64,000 nucleotides of DNA from an uncultured Spirochaetota bacterium (GCA_963768055.1 CAVYGN010000001.1:288001-352000), one strand, 5' to 3'. Counted from the stretch's first letter, positions 39,712 to 49,414 are shown. The notes: generated by a model from the sequence alone, not told the origin. Numbers and translations: made by a program.

Positions 39712-40536
39712 ATGGAATTCAAACCCGGATATAAGATACTTTCAGGCCTGCCTGAAAACTGCCTTGCCTTTCTTTTTAAAGGGGAACTTATGCTCCTCAG
39801 CGGAATAAGGGGTTTATATACGGTCCCTGAACTTCACGGAGAAGAGATCGCCAAAATGAACGCGGCGGACATTCAATTCATCGGTGAGATAGATGGAATT
39901 CCATGCATAGCCGGCGACCTTCCCGCCGATTTTCCGGCCGCCTCTCAAGCGCTTTTAAGGCTCTTTGAACTTTACGGCAAAACAGGCGACGCTATTTTCA
40001 AGGCCGCCTGCCTGGCTTATCATCTCGTGTACTGGATGAGGAACAATAAATACTGCGGAAAATGCTCTCACCCCATGTACGATTACGAACCCGACAGGGC
40101 CAGGCATTGTAAAAACTGCGGATATGTCGCTTATCCGAGAATTTCGCCGGCCGTCATAGTGGCTGTAGTGAGGGACGGCAGGCTGCTCCTGGCAAAGGCT
40201 TCCAGGTTCAGGAATAATTTCCACAGCGTTCTTGCGGGGTTTATAGAAGCGGGCGAGTCCGCCGAAGAGTGCTTAAAGAGGGAAGTTATGGAAGAGACAG
40301 GCATAAGCATAAAAGATATAAAATATTTCGGGAGCCAACCCTGGCCTTTTCCGGATTCCTTAATGCTGGCATATACGGCGAAGTATGAGTCGGGCGAGAT
40401 CAGCATCGACGGAAAGGAGATACTTGACGCCTCCTGGTATTCGCCGGAGGAGATTCCTGACGTGCCGGGCAAGATGAGCGTAGCGAGGAAGCTGATAGAC
40501 TGGTTTGTCGGGAAGTATTCGAAGGGGGCCGTTTAA
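39712..40536 (+). CDS. nudC: NAD(+) diphosphatase NudC
   Basis: Zn ribbon CGKC/CKNC, YPRISPA, Nudix box GFIEAGES...REVMEETG, SQPWPFP. Confidence 0.95.
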   Translation: MEFKPGYKILSGLPENCLAFLFKGELMLLSGIRGLYTVPELHGEEIAKMNAADIQFIGEIDGIPCIAGDLPADFPAASQALLRLFELYGKTGDAIFKAACLAYHLVYWMRNNKYCGKCSHPMYDYEPDRARHCKNCGYVAYPRISPAVIVAVVRDGRLLLAKASRFRNNFHSVLAGFIEAGESAEECLKREVMEETGISIKDIKYFGSQPWPFPDSLMLAYTAKYESGEISIDGKEILDASWYSPEEIPDVPGKMSVARKLIDWFVGKYSKGAV

Positions 40537-40669
40537 ACAACCACGGCGGATCAGTGCGGCGGCAGCTACTCCTATCGGCCCTATCGAAAGACAGTTTGCT
40601 TATTTTTTTCGGCTTAATTAGTATATTTTCAAAAAATAGGATTTAATTTCGATAATAAAGGAGTATTTT

Positions 40670-41641
40670 ATGAAAAGAAAGATCTTCGTTCCCGGAATAT
40701 TGATTTATATTGTATTTATTATCACTCTTGCCTGCAATATTACACCGGCTGAAGATTTAAAAATAGCCTGGACGCAAAGAGCCATACCTTCGGCTAACTG
40801 GAATTCTGCGGCCTATGGAAACGGAGTTTTTGTCGCAGTGGCTTTTAAATCCGACAGGGCTGCGACATCGCCCGACGGGATAACCTGGTCGTCCCAAACC
40901 ATACCTGAGGGCCGTTGGTCATCTATAACCTGGGGTAACGGTATATTTGTCGCAGTAGCAGGCGTCGGAAAAATCAGAAAAGAATTTGACGAATCCTTCG
41001 GAACAATAGCCGCGACTTCACCTGACGGGATTAACTGGACTGCGCGAACCATGCCCAAGGGAGAATGGTCGTCGGTAACATGGGGAAATGGAATTTTTGT
41101 CGCAGTTAGCTTTAGCGCACAAGCCGCGACTTCACCTGACGGAATAAACTGGACTTCGCGAAATATGCCTAAGAATCAATGGTGGTCGTCGGTAACATGG
41201 GGAAACGGAGTTTTTGTCGCAGTTAGCTACGGCAGCGAAATAGCGGCGACTTCATCAGACGGGATAACCTGGACGGTCCGGACCCTTCCGATTTCCGATG
41301 GATGGCAGTCGGTCGCATACGGGAAAGGAGTTTTTGCGGCTATTGCCGACGGCTTATCGGTGGTATGCTCGCCGGACGGGATTACCTGGTCGAAAAACGA
41401 CCTTTCAGGCATTTCATCCATATGGGGGCGTAATAAAAACTGGCAATCAGTAACCTGCGGAAGCGGCTTGTTTGTCGCGGTTGACGATGCGTCCAATTTC
41501 GGTGCGGTATCGATTGACGGCATAACCTGGACGCAAACGGACTTTCCGGATGACGGCTGGTGGCATTCAATCGCTTACGGCAAAGGAACATTTGTCGTGG
41601 TCGGCGAGGGCAAAACATCATTGGTTTCTCAATCGAAATAG
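40670..41641 (+). CDS. Lipoprotein with about 7 WxSVxxGNGxFVAV...SPDGITW repeats (predicted beta-propeller)
   Basis: Lipobox TLAC; the repeats are visible in the protein. Confidence 0.8.
   Translation: MKRKIFVPGILIYIVFIITLACNITPAEDLKIAWTQRAIPSANWNSAAYGNGVFVAVAFKSDRAATSPDGITWSSQTIPEGRWSSITWGNGIFVAVAGVGKIRKEFDESFGTIAATSPDGINWTARTMPKGEWSSVTWGNGIFVAVSFSAQAATSPDGINWTSRNMPKNQWWSSVTWGNGVFVAVSYGSEIAATSSDGITWTVRTLPISDGWQSVAYGKGVFAAIADGLSVVCSPDGITWSKNDLSGISSIWGRNKNWQSVTCGSGLFVAVDDASNFGAVSIDGITWTQTDFPDDGWWHSIAYGKGTFVVVGEGKTSLVSQSK
41008..41228 (+). repeat. Highly similar intragenic tandem repeat (period about 114 bp)
   Basis: agccgcgacttcacctgacgg...tttttgtcgcagttagct at 41008-41111 and 41122-41228. 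Confidence 0.85.
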
Positions 41642-41668
41642 GGGTACGGCAGCTTAAATCGATTTTCG

Positions 41669-42052
41669 TTATTCGGACTTATTTACGAAATCGAGCACCT
41701 TGTCGCAGCCGGCGCCTATTATAAGGTCGTTTATAAGTATTTTCTTGCTGTTTATCCTGGGAGCGGTAAGGTTTGCGCTTTTTATGAGCTTTTCCCTTGT
41801 CTTATTCAGGATATCGACGATAAAATCGTAAAACCACAGCTTGAGGTGCACCTTATCCTCTGCGCTGTATTTATAAATAGCGCCTTTTTGCTTCAGAAGG
41901 GTGTCGCAGCCGTTTTTGATGACAAACTCGTTAAAAAGCCGCCTTTTCCCTGCAAAATAATCCTTCATGTACTTTTTTTGAAGCGAAAAAAACCTTTTAT
42001 AAACGTCCTTCGAAACCGTGAATGTGCTGAAATTTAAATCCATATCAGTCAA
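41669..42052 (-). CDS. Small basic protein with an internal duplication, tandem RHH-like
   Basis: KRRLFNEFVIKNGCDTLL versus KKILINDLIIGAGCDKVL; TTG start with a GGCGG RBS. Confidence 0.6.
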   Translation of the reverse strand: MTDMDLNFSTFTVSKDVYKRFFSLQKKYMKDYFAGKRRLFNEFVIKNGCDTLLKQKGAIYKYSAEDKVHLKLWFYDFIVDILNKTREKLIKSANLTAPRINSKKILINDLIIGAGCDKVLDFVNKSE

Positions 42053-42058
42053 ACCGCC

Positions 42059-42250
42059 TTAAAAAAGATTCAGGCTTGCCACTCTCTTTTTCGTGGCTTC
42101 TTTGAGCGCGGGTATAACTTTTTTCATTATCAATTTGTCCAGTATGGAAGGATCGCAATCGCGGATCAGAATCCTGCGCATCGCCTTATACTCGGACTCT
42201 AATTTTCTTTCCTCTTCGTTATCCGCATAGTCGGGAAGATTGATGGGCAT
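42059..42250 (-). CDS. Small hypothetical protein, paralogue of 42271-42483
   Basis: Strong AAGGAGG RBS; KLESEYKAM versus KIEKEYKAV. Confidence 0.65.
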   Translation of the reverse strand: MPINLPDYADNEEERKLESEYKAMRRILIRDCDPSILDKLIMKKVIPALKEATKKRVASLNLF

Positions 42251-42270
42251 AAGATCCTCCTTAATTAATA

Positions 42271-42483
42271 TTATTTTTTAACAGCCGTTTTAGCGGCTTT
42301 TGATTTATTCTTTACCTGGATGTCTTTCATCGCTTCGATGGCGGTTTTTATGAAGAGTTTTTTAGCATCCCTGTAGGACATGAACTTCAGGAAGTCCTTC
42401 ATAACGGCCTTGTATTCCTTCTCGATCTTTACGGCCTCGGTGTCTTCGGGATGCTTGTAAGTCAGAGATAAAAATATTGACAT
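42271..42483 (-). CDS. Small basic hypothetical protein with a Lys/Ala tail
   Basis: GAGGTGG RBS before ATG 42483; ends KNKSKAAKTAVKK. Confidence 0.65.
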   Translation of the reverse strand: MSIFLSLTYKHPEDTEAVKIEKEYKAVMKDFLKFMSYRDAKKLFIKTAIEAMKDIQVKNKSKAAKTAVKK

Positions 42484-42754
42484 AACCACCTCTTTTTCCG
42501 GGATTGAAACCCGTTAATTAAATTTACAAACTAAAACATGAAAAGGCAATTAAATTTTTGTCTTTTCAACCCTTGACAAAAAAAGCTCAAAAAAACGCAA
42601 AACTAATAGCTTCGATAATCCGTAACATAACCCCGGTTACGGAAAAAAAACCTTGAAAATAAACCCCATAGAATTATAATAGATATCTGTTAGAAAATCA
42701 ACAAAAATTTATTACAGGAAATATTACAGATTAAAGGCTTATCGCAAAAGCCGG

Positions 42755-43732
42755 TTAAACCGTCCTTCTCTGTTTTAGCTGGTCCAGGAGGACTGCGATT
42801 AGCAAGATTATCCCTCTTACGACATATTGATAAAATGTTTGAATATTTAAAAGATTCATTGCATTTTGAATCGTACCCATTATCAATACGCCGACTATCA
42901 CGCCGAGTATAGTCCCTATGCCTCCGGAAAGGGATACTCCTCCCAGCACGCAGGCTGAAATAACATCCAGCTCAAAACCCTGGGAAGCATTCGGCTGACC
43001 GCTTGTCATCCTTGAGGCCAGAACTACGCCCGCTATGCCGGCGACAATTCCCTGTACCATAAAAATAATTATCCTTATCTTATCGACATTAATACCGGCC
43101 AGTCTTGCGGCTTCTTTGTTGCCCCCGACTGCCAGCGTATTACGGCCGTAAACGGTCCTGTTGAGAAGAACAATAAAAGTTACAAAACAGGTTATCATGA
43201 TCCATACCGGTATCGGAATACTCAGGAAGTCGGTGTTTCCTATGACATAAAAACCGGTATTGGTAATTCCTACAGCGATGCCTCCGGATAAAATGAAGCA
43301 CAAACCTCTAACTATCTGCATCATCGCCAGCGTAGTAATCAGCGCGTTGATCTTAAGTTTCGCCACGATAACGCCGTTCCCCAGCCCGACGACTCCGCCC
43401 GATAATACGCCGCATAAAGTCCCGAATAAAACATTATTCGTAGCCCTGATCATGACCGCGGCCATAACGCCGGTAAAAGCGACGACCGCGCCTACCGAAA
43501 GATCTAAATCGCCCGAAGCAAGGCTGAATAACATAGTACAGGCGACAAGCCCTATCGTCGATACGGCAAGAAGAATTCCTACGATATTTTCAAAACTGAA
43601 AAAATAAGGCACGGTTATAGAAAGGATAGCGCATAATATCAGGTAAATTATTAAAATACTCGCATTATCCCAGATGCTGAATTGAAGGGATTTTTTTTTA
43701 ACTGCCGCGGATTTATTTACAATTGTATTCAT
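42755..43732 (-). CDS. araH: L-arabinose ABC transporter permease
   Basis: GDLDLSVG, ALITTLA, YGRNTLAVGGN, SRMTSGQP, ISACVLGGVSL. Confidence 0.88.
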   Translation of the reverse strand: MNTIVNKSAAVKKKSLQFSIWDNASILIIYLILCAILSITVPYFFSFENIVGILLAVSTIGLVACTMLFSLASGDLDLSVGAVVAFTGVMAAVMIRATNNVLFGTLCGVLSGGVVGLGNGVIVAKLKINALITTLAMMQIVRGLCFILSGGIAVGITNTGFYVIGNTDFLSIPIPVWIMITCFVTFIVLLNRTVYGRNTLAVGGNKEAARLAGINVDKIRIIIFMVQGIVAGIAGVVLASRMTSGQPNASQGFELDVISACVLGGVSLSGGIGTILGVIVGVLIMGTIQNAMNLLNIQTFYQYVVRGIILLIAVLLDQLKQRRTV

Positions 43733-43750
43733 GAGATCATCTCCCTTTCT

Positions 43751-45241
43751 TTAAACAACGGGCAGGGCCAGCCTGAGCAATTTTTCTTCGGTAGCCTCGG
43801 AATGATCCAGCGAGGCATGAAGTTTTCCATCCCGCATTACGATTATCCTGTTGGAAATTCCTAATATCTCGGGAAGCTCGCTCGATACGACTACAATACC
43901 CATACCCTGTAAAGCCAGCTGCGATATGATCGAATAAATTTCCGATTTCGCTCCGATATCGATGCCCCTCGTAGGTTCGTCAAACAGGATCACTTCGACC
44001 CTTTCGGAAAGCCAGCGGGCTAAAATCACCTTCTGCTGGTTCCCGCCGGAAAGGTCCCTGACCAGCCGTTCGAGCGAAGGAGTTTTGATATTCAGCTTTT
44101 CGACAAAAAGCCTCGCATTCTCATTATCTTTCTTTTCATTGATAAACCCGAACCTTGTCATCAATCTCCTAACGCTTATATTGATATTTTCTTTAACGGA
44201 CCTGATCGGTATGACGCCCTCTTTTTTCCTGTCCTCGGGGCAGTAAACAATGCCGTTCTTTATAGCCTCCTCGGGGCTGTTGATTTTGACCTCTTTTCCT
44301 TTTAATTTTATTTTTCCAGCCTTTAATTTCATCGCTCCGTAAATCAGCTTTAAGAGTTCCGTCCTTCCGGCACCCACAAGTCCGAATATCCCCAATACCT
44401 CTCCCCTGGAAACCGAGAAACTGGCCGGCTCCGCCAGCCCCTTTCCCATTAAGCCTTCGGCTTCAAGCACTGGTTCCCCCCCGGGGCGCGGCGAATAATT
44501 ATAAATATCCTCAATGGAACGGCCTACCATTTTATTGATCAGCGTATCCTCATTGATCTTTGAAACATCGTTATAGGTTTCTATCCTGACCCCGTCGCGG
44601 AAAACGGTTACCTTTTCGCAAATCCCGAATATCTCTTTCAACCGGTGTGAAACATAAAGTATGACCCTGCCCTGCCTCTTCAATTCTTTGATAAGTTCGA
44701 AAAGCTTGTGGACCTCCCGGTCGGACAGGCTGCTCGTCGGTTCGTCGAATGCTATGACCTTGACATTCCGGATTAGGGCTTTTGCAATCTCCAGCATCTG
44801 TCTCTGGGCGATCGAAAGCGCGCCTACCTTTGCGGACGGATTGATTTTTTCCTCCATTGCCGCCAACTGCTTTAAAGCGTCTTCGCGCATCTCCTTTTTA
44901 TCGATAAAACCGAATTTTCCGGGCATATGTCCGAGCAGAAGATTTTCAGCGACCGTCAAATCGGGGACCAGGTTCAATTCCTGATAAATAACCGTTATTC
45001 CCGCATTGATCGCTTCCGCTGTGGACTGGAAAACCTGGGGCAGGCCGTTAAGCCTGATAACGCCTTTATCGGGCTGATAGAGCCCGCTTAATATTTTTAA
45101 CAGCGTCGATTTACCGGCTCCATTTTCCCCTACCAGGGCATGAGCGGTCCCTTCCTCAACGCCGAACGTTATATCGTTAAGGGCTAAAACCCCCGGAAAC
45201 CTTTTGGTTATTCCTTCGAATTGAAGATAGCTTTCCTGCAT
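43751..45241 (-). CDS. araG: L-arabinose ABC transporter ATPase (tandem NBD)
   Basis: GENGAGKSTL, IAFDEPTSSLS, CPEDRKKEG, LSGGNQQK, DEPTRGID. Confidence 0.9.
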   Translation of the reverse strand: MQESYLQFEGITKRFPGVLALNDITFGVEEGTAHALVGENGAGKSTLLKILSGLYQPDKGVIRLNGLPQVFQSTAEAINAGITVIYQELNLVPDLTVAENLLLGHMPGKFGFIDKKEMREDALKQLAAMEEKINPSAKVGALSIAQRQMLEIAKALIRNVKVIAFDEPTSSLSDREVHKLFELIKELKRQGRVILYVSHRLKEIFGICEKVTVFRDGVRIETYNDVSKINEDTLINKMVGRSIEDIYNYSPRPGGEPVLEAEGLMGKGLAEPASFSVSRGEVLGIFGLVGAGRTELLKLIYGAMKLKAGKIKLKGKEVKINSPEEAIKNGIVYCPEDRKKEGVIPIRSVKENINISVRRLMTRFGFINEKKDNENARLFVEKLNIKTPSLERLVRDLSGGNQQKVILARWLSERVEVILFDEPTRGIDIGAKSEIYSIISQLALQGMGIVVVSSELPEILGISNRIIVMRDGKLHASLDHSEATEEKLLRLALPVV

Positions 45242-45269
45242 GATCTCCAGCCTCTAAAATCTTATTTAG

Positions 45270-45296
45270 ATCCGGCCGGGACATCCCCGGCCGGAT
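45270..45296 (-). other. Intercistronic stem-loop between araF and araG
   Basis: Perfect 11-bp inverted repeat atccggccggg/cccggccggat with a 5-nt loop and no U-tract. Confidence 0.75.
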
Positions 45297-45307
45297 TCCA
45301 TAGCCCG

Positions 45308-46306
45308 CTATTTCGGAAGAGAGTCCGCCAGCCCTAAATCAGTCATAATCTTTACATATGTTTCCCTTGTTACGATAAAACCCGAGGTCAATGTCTTCAT
45401 AGGAGGCTGCTTCCCGTCCTTTACCCATTCGTAAAGCAATTTTGTAGTTTCATAACCATGTCTGTAAGGGCTTATTGCGCTAGTCGCATAGAAACCGTTA
45501 ACTCCCTCTTTTTTAAACTCGAGCAGGCCCGCTCCTGCGCCAAGGCCTATGCCTATCGTTGTCTTTCCATCGAAGCCCTTCCCCTCCAGCGCACGCACCG
45601 CGCCAATAACCGATTCCTCATTGCCGCCGGTGACGATCCATTTTTTTATCTTAGGGTTCTGGGTTAGCGCGACATTCGCCCCTTCCATTCCGCCGGGAAC
45701 ATCGAGAGTTTTGTTTACGGCGATGAAAATCTTATTTGCGGGGAAACCGGATTTTATCAGAGCATCTTTTTCAGCGTCGGTCCTCTGCTTGATGGTTTCC
45801 AGTTCGTCATGGGTAACTATCAAAGCGCCGGTATCGTTGACGTCCCAGCCGCGTTTCAGCATTTCATTATAGCAGGCCTTGCCGATATCGCTGCCGATCT
45901 GTGCCGAAGATATGCCCATATAAACGACTTCCTCCATTGGCTTGCCGTCCGCTCCGACGAACCTGTCATCCACGGTGATGACCTTCATGTTTTTGGAATT
46001 CGCCTTTTTCATGATAGCGGGCCCGAGCCTTACGTCAGGGGTGCAGATAACGAAACCCTGAACTTTCTGCGCCGCAAGGTTGTCGATAGCGGCCATGACC
46101 TTTTCCCCGTCAGTCGCGCCGATCTTGATCAAAGTCACGCCATTTTCATCGGCAAACTTCTGCGCGAACTTCCATTCGTTCTGGAACCAGAGTTCTTCCG
46201 GCTGTTTCACCAGGAACCCGAGCTTGATCTTTTCATCCGGGTACCCGAGGCCGGCGATAACAAACAAAACAACAAGCGCCAAACACAACTTCTTACCTAA
46301 ATTCAT
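45308..46306 (-). CDS. araF: L-arabinose ABC transporter substrate-binding protein
   Basis: Signal peptide, KLGFLVKQPEELWFQNEW, GFVICTPDVRLGPAI, VITVDDRF. Confidence 0.92.
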   Translation of the reverse strand: MNLGKKLCLALVVLFVIAGLGYPDEKIKLGFLVKQPEELWFQNEWKFAQKFADENGVTLIKIGATDGEKVMAAIDNLAAQKVQGFVICTPDVRLGPAIMKKANSKNMKVITVDDRFVGADGKPMEEVVYMGISSAQIGSDIGKACYNEMLKRGWDVNDTGALIVTHDELETIKQRTDAEKDALIKSGFPANKIFIAVNKTLDVPGGMEGANVALTQNPKIKKWIVTGGNEESVIGAVRALEGKGFDGKTTIGIGLGAGAGLLEFKKEGVNGFYATSAISPYRHGYETTKLLYEWVKDGKQPPMKTLTSGFIVTRETYVKIMTDLGLADSLPK

Positions 46307-46482
46307 AGGCTTCCTCCTTTTTTTATTTCGAAGTATAGTGTCCGATTTTAAGCCCGTTAATAACTTCAGATCGTTTCAGGAAACATTATAATAAAATTTA
46401 AGGGAGGAATCCCATATATGATATGTGTAAAATGATGGATGTTTTGAGAAAAAAAAGGAAAAGCGGGCGCTTTTCCGGCTGT

Positions 46483-47553
46483 TTACCCGGTCTGAAAGGA
46501 GTCAAGCCGCCTTCCTCTATAATTCGCAGGCGAAACCTTTACCTTATCTTTGAAAATCCTGGAAAAGTAATACGGGTCCTCGAAACCCAGTTTTTCAGCT
46601 ATTTCTTTTATTTCAAGGTTCGTATAGAGGAGCATCTCCTTGGCCTTTTCTATTTTTGTCTTGATAAAATACTGGTTGGGGGATAACCCCACCTGGATCT
46701 TAAACCGTCTCCTGAAATTTTCATAGCCCATATAAACGCTGCCGGCGACATTCTGGAAATCCAGCTCCCTGGAATTGACCTTTTCCTCTATAATTGCCTT
46801 CGCCCTGTAGATCGGATCGTAAACCTGGACAAATTGCGATTTTTCAGAAGATAGCAGCAGCTCGTTCAATCTCTCATTGCTTAGTTCCCTGCTGTTCTCA
46901 AGTTCCACGATCTTTGAATTCTTTAAATAAAACAGCTTATCTATCAGATTTTTCACATCGTCGGCCGTGCTGGGTATGACTATTATCCCCTTGCCTTTGT
47001 TTTTAAGCTCCCTTAAAATTGAAATAAAGGTATCGTACTGGCGAAGGCTCAAATATCTTGTTACATGATCGAAAATATAGTATTCGCAGTCCATGACCAG
47101 GACCCTCGATAATTCCACAATCATCTTTTCATTCGGGTTCAGGTCTTTTACTTTTATATTCAAATTAATAGGGACCTGGAGTTCCCGGAGGATTTGTTCA
47201 GCCCTTTCACGCATCGTTTTTTTGCTTATAAATCCGAATCTGGAATATTTATTTAAAGCGCCTAAAAAGATATTATCGAGAACTGTCAATTTATCGACTA
47301 ATTTATAATTCCCCCTGGCGATTCCTATCATCCTTATCCTTTCTTCCGCCGGAATATTTTTCGACTTAAAATAAATCTTTCCGATATCCTCTTTTTCTAT
47401 TCCGCAGAGAATATTTATCAAAAGGTTTAATTTATCGATGTTGTCCGATATGATGCCGCAGATCTGACCCTTGCCGACCTCGAAATTCACCTGATCCAGC
47501 ATCAGGGTATTTTCCTTGGTCATCAGCAAGCCTTCGACTTTCAATATTTTCAT
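46483..47553 (-). CDS. Fusion of a degenerate sugar-ABC ATPase domain and an AraC-type HTH
   Basis: N-terminal about 240 aa collinear with AraG NBD1 but with degenerate Walker A/B; C-terminal FRRRFK...GLSPNQY...IKEIAEKLGFEDPYYFSRIFK...SPANYR; start placed at ATG 47553. Confidence 0.85.
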   Translation of the reverse strand: MKILKVEGLLMTKENTLMLDQVNFEVGKGQICGIISDNIDKLNLLINILCGIEKEDIGKIYFKSKNIPAEERIRMIGIARGNYKLVDKLTVLDNIFLGALNKYSRFGFISKKTMRERAEQILRELQVPINLNIKVKDLNPNEKMIVELSRVLVMDCEYYIFDHVTRYLSLRQYDTFISILRELKNKGKGIIVIPSTADDVKNLIDKLFYLKNSKIVELENSRELSNERLNELLLSSEKSQFVQVYDPIYRAKAIIEEKVNSRELDFQNVAGSVYMGYENFRRRFKIQVGLSPNQYFIKTKIEKAKEMLLYTNLEIKEIAEKLGFEDPYYFSRIFKDKVKVSPANYRGRRLDSFQTG

Positions 47554-47890
47554 ATATTTTCCTGTTTTACGATCATGCGCCCGGCATGCAGAAAATAAAT
47601 ATAAACTTCGCCTATTATGATAAATCAAGAATTTATTTTGTCAAATGGAGGGATTGTGATTATTTCATTTATCCCTAATTCTTCAGCTAATATTATCAAT
47701 GATACAGCAACTCCGCCTCCGGCGATCCATTTCAAGGATAACGCCCGCGGCAGCAATCGCGATTTCTTTAGCAGCATTATCAGTAAATCGGTATTATTTT
47801 GCAATTTTTATGACTTAACAATATTCTATCCCTGGTTGGAATTGTAAAATTCTGTCAATCATCCTGCAAAAGGGGAGGGCGGATTGGATT

Positions 47891-49195
47891 ATGAGGAGCC
47901 GAAAACTGTTGCAACTGTTATTGGGACTGATACTGATAAGTGCTTGTCTTACCGGGTGTGGGAGAAGTGTCGTCGAAACTTCCTGGAAGGATTATCTCAA
48001 CACAAATTTCAGCGCAGTTCATTTGTCCGTTAATGGCGATGCGAATGAGCATCTGATCTTTGGGGCGATACCCATTTCTCAGCCGGCACAGAACCTCTCA
48101 CCGGAGTTAGCCGCCTTTCTTGGAAGATGGGAGGGCTATGATTACAGTCCGCCCGTTAAAAAGGATAACAAGGGCATACTGGTCATCCGGGAAATTACAC
48201 CGCAGGGAGGCACAGCCTTCCTCTGGGCAGGCGCCAATCTTCAGTTCCCGTTCTGGGTTAAAGAGATTAAATTCAAAGTTGTGCCCGGTACAACGCCCTT
48301 GATTCAATGGCAAGGCGATCTGGCCGGTGGGCCGAATGGCCTGCGTGGGATGGGAACCTTCATGTTTACTTATGACCGCGATAAGCACGTCCTCAAAGGC
48401 GGCATTAATCTTCCAAGCGGAGCCGCGCTCAACGGGCCGTTCGAACTCAGCCGGAATAAGTCCTTCTATGTTTACCGGGACTACGCCAAATATCTGGCAA
48501 GCAAACGAATATATCCCAAGGAATTTCTCACGAGTAATCTGAAGCGCTATGGCAGCGGTTATCTGCTTTATTTGCCTGAAGGCTACGAAGCCAATTCCAC
48601 ACAGATCTGGCCGCTGATTATTTTTCTGCATGGCTGGGGCGATCGAGGCGATAACCTTTTCCTGCTGGCAAAAGCCAGCCCCTTCATGATGATCCGCGAG
48701 AAAGGCCCGCTGCCTTGCATCATCGCAGCGCCGATCTTGAATGTATCCGGCTCATATCGATCGTTTCCCCAAGAATATATGGATGGAGTGCTTAAAGAGA
48801 TCCTGATGAATTACCGGATCGATAAGAAACGGATTTACCTTACCGGCTTGAGCATTGGTGGCGAGGCAACCTATCGATTTGCACTACACCAGCCCGATAC
48901 ATTCGCGGCGATTGCGCCTCTGGCAGGCTTCGACGCCAGGTATTATCCAGCCGCGGGCTTCGTGCCATCGACCGAGCCTCTGGAACGACTCAAAAATTTG
49001 CCGGTATGGGCCATTCACGGTTCTGACGATATGGTTGTACCTTTAAAGGCCGATCGAAACACAGTTGATGCACTTAAGAAGGCCGGCGTGAATGTACGCT
49101 TTAGCATTCTTGAGAATCACGACCACGATGTTTGGACGGATACTTACTCGGATCCCAAGTTCTACGCCTGGTTGCTTCAGCATCGACGACCATAA
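47891..49195 (+). CDS. Lipoprotein with a C-terminal alpha/beta-hydrolase (esterase/peptidase) domain
   Basis: Lipobox LTGC; FLHGWG, GLSIGG nucleophile elbow, HGSDD, HDVW. Confidence 0.85.
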   Translation: MRSRKLLQLLLGLILISACLTGCGRSVVETSWKDYLNTNFSAVHLSVNGDANEHLIFGAIPISQPAQNLSPELAAFLGRWEGYDYSPPVKKDNKGILVIREITPQGGTAFLWAGANLQFPFWVKEIKFKVVPGTTPLIQWQGDLAGGPNGLRGMGTFMFTYDRDKHVLKGGINLPSGAALNGPFELSRNKSFYVYRDYAKYLASKRIYPKEFLTSNLKRYGSGYLLYLPEGYEANSTQIWPLIIFLHGWGDRGDNLFLLAKASPFMMIREKGPLPCIIAAPILNVSGSYRSFPQEYMDGVLKEILMNYRIDKKRIYLTGLSIGGEATYRFALHQPDTFAAIAPLAGFDARYYPAAGFVPSTEPLERLKNLPVWAIHGSDDMVVPLKADRNTVDALKKAGVNVRFSILENHDHDVWTDTYSDPKFYAWLLQHRRP

Positions 49196-49385
49196 AATTC
49201 ATTCTCGATCAAACTCTCTTATACTGGCAGAATTAGCTGGATCGCAAAATAATTAAAAATGAATATGCTTCGTCAAGTGAATAGTTCAGTAAAGTTTTTT
49301 AGTTTAAGCTCTGATTTTCTCGCCTTTAATTTATTTTAAACCAATTTACGGGATTTGTCAATAAACGCTAATTTGTTGCACCGTA

Positions 49386-49414
49386 TTGACATACGATAAA
49401 ATATCCATTATAAT
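49386..49414 (+). promoter_or_regulatory. Consensus sigma70 promoter
   Basis: Perfect TTGACA-17 bp-TATAAT upstream of 49482. Confidence 0.7.

Noticed and set aside
40670..41641. Repeats considered as a CRISPR array or DGR
   Set aside because: They are in-frame coding repeats; no cas or reverse transcriptase gene, and differences are not adenine-specific.
47554..47628. N-terminal extension of the ABC-AraC fusion
   Set aside because: ABC-like similarity begins at MKILKVEG (47553).
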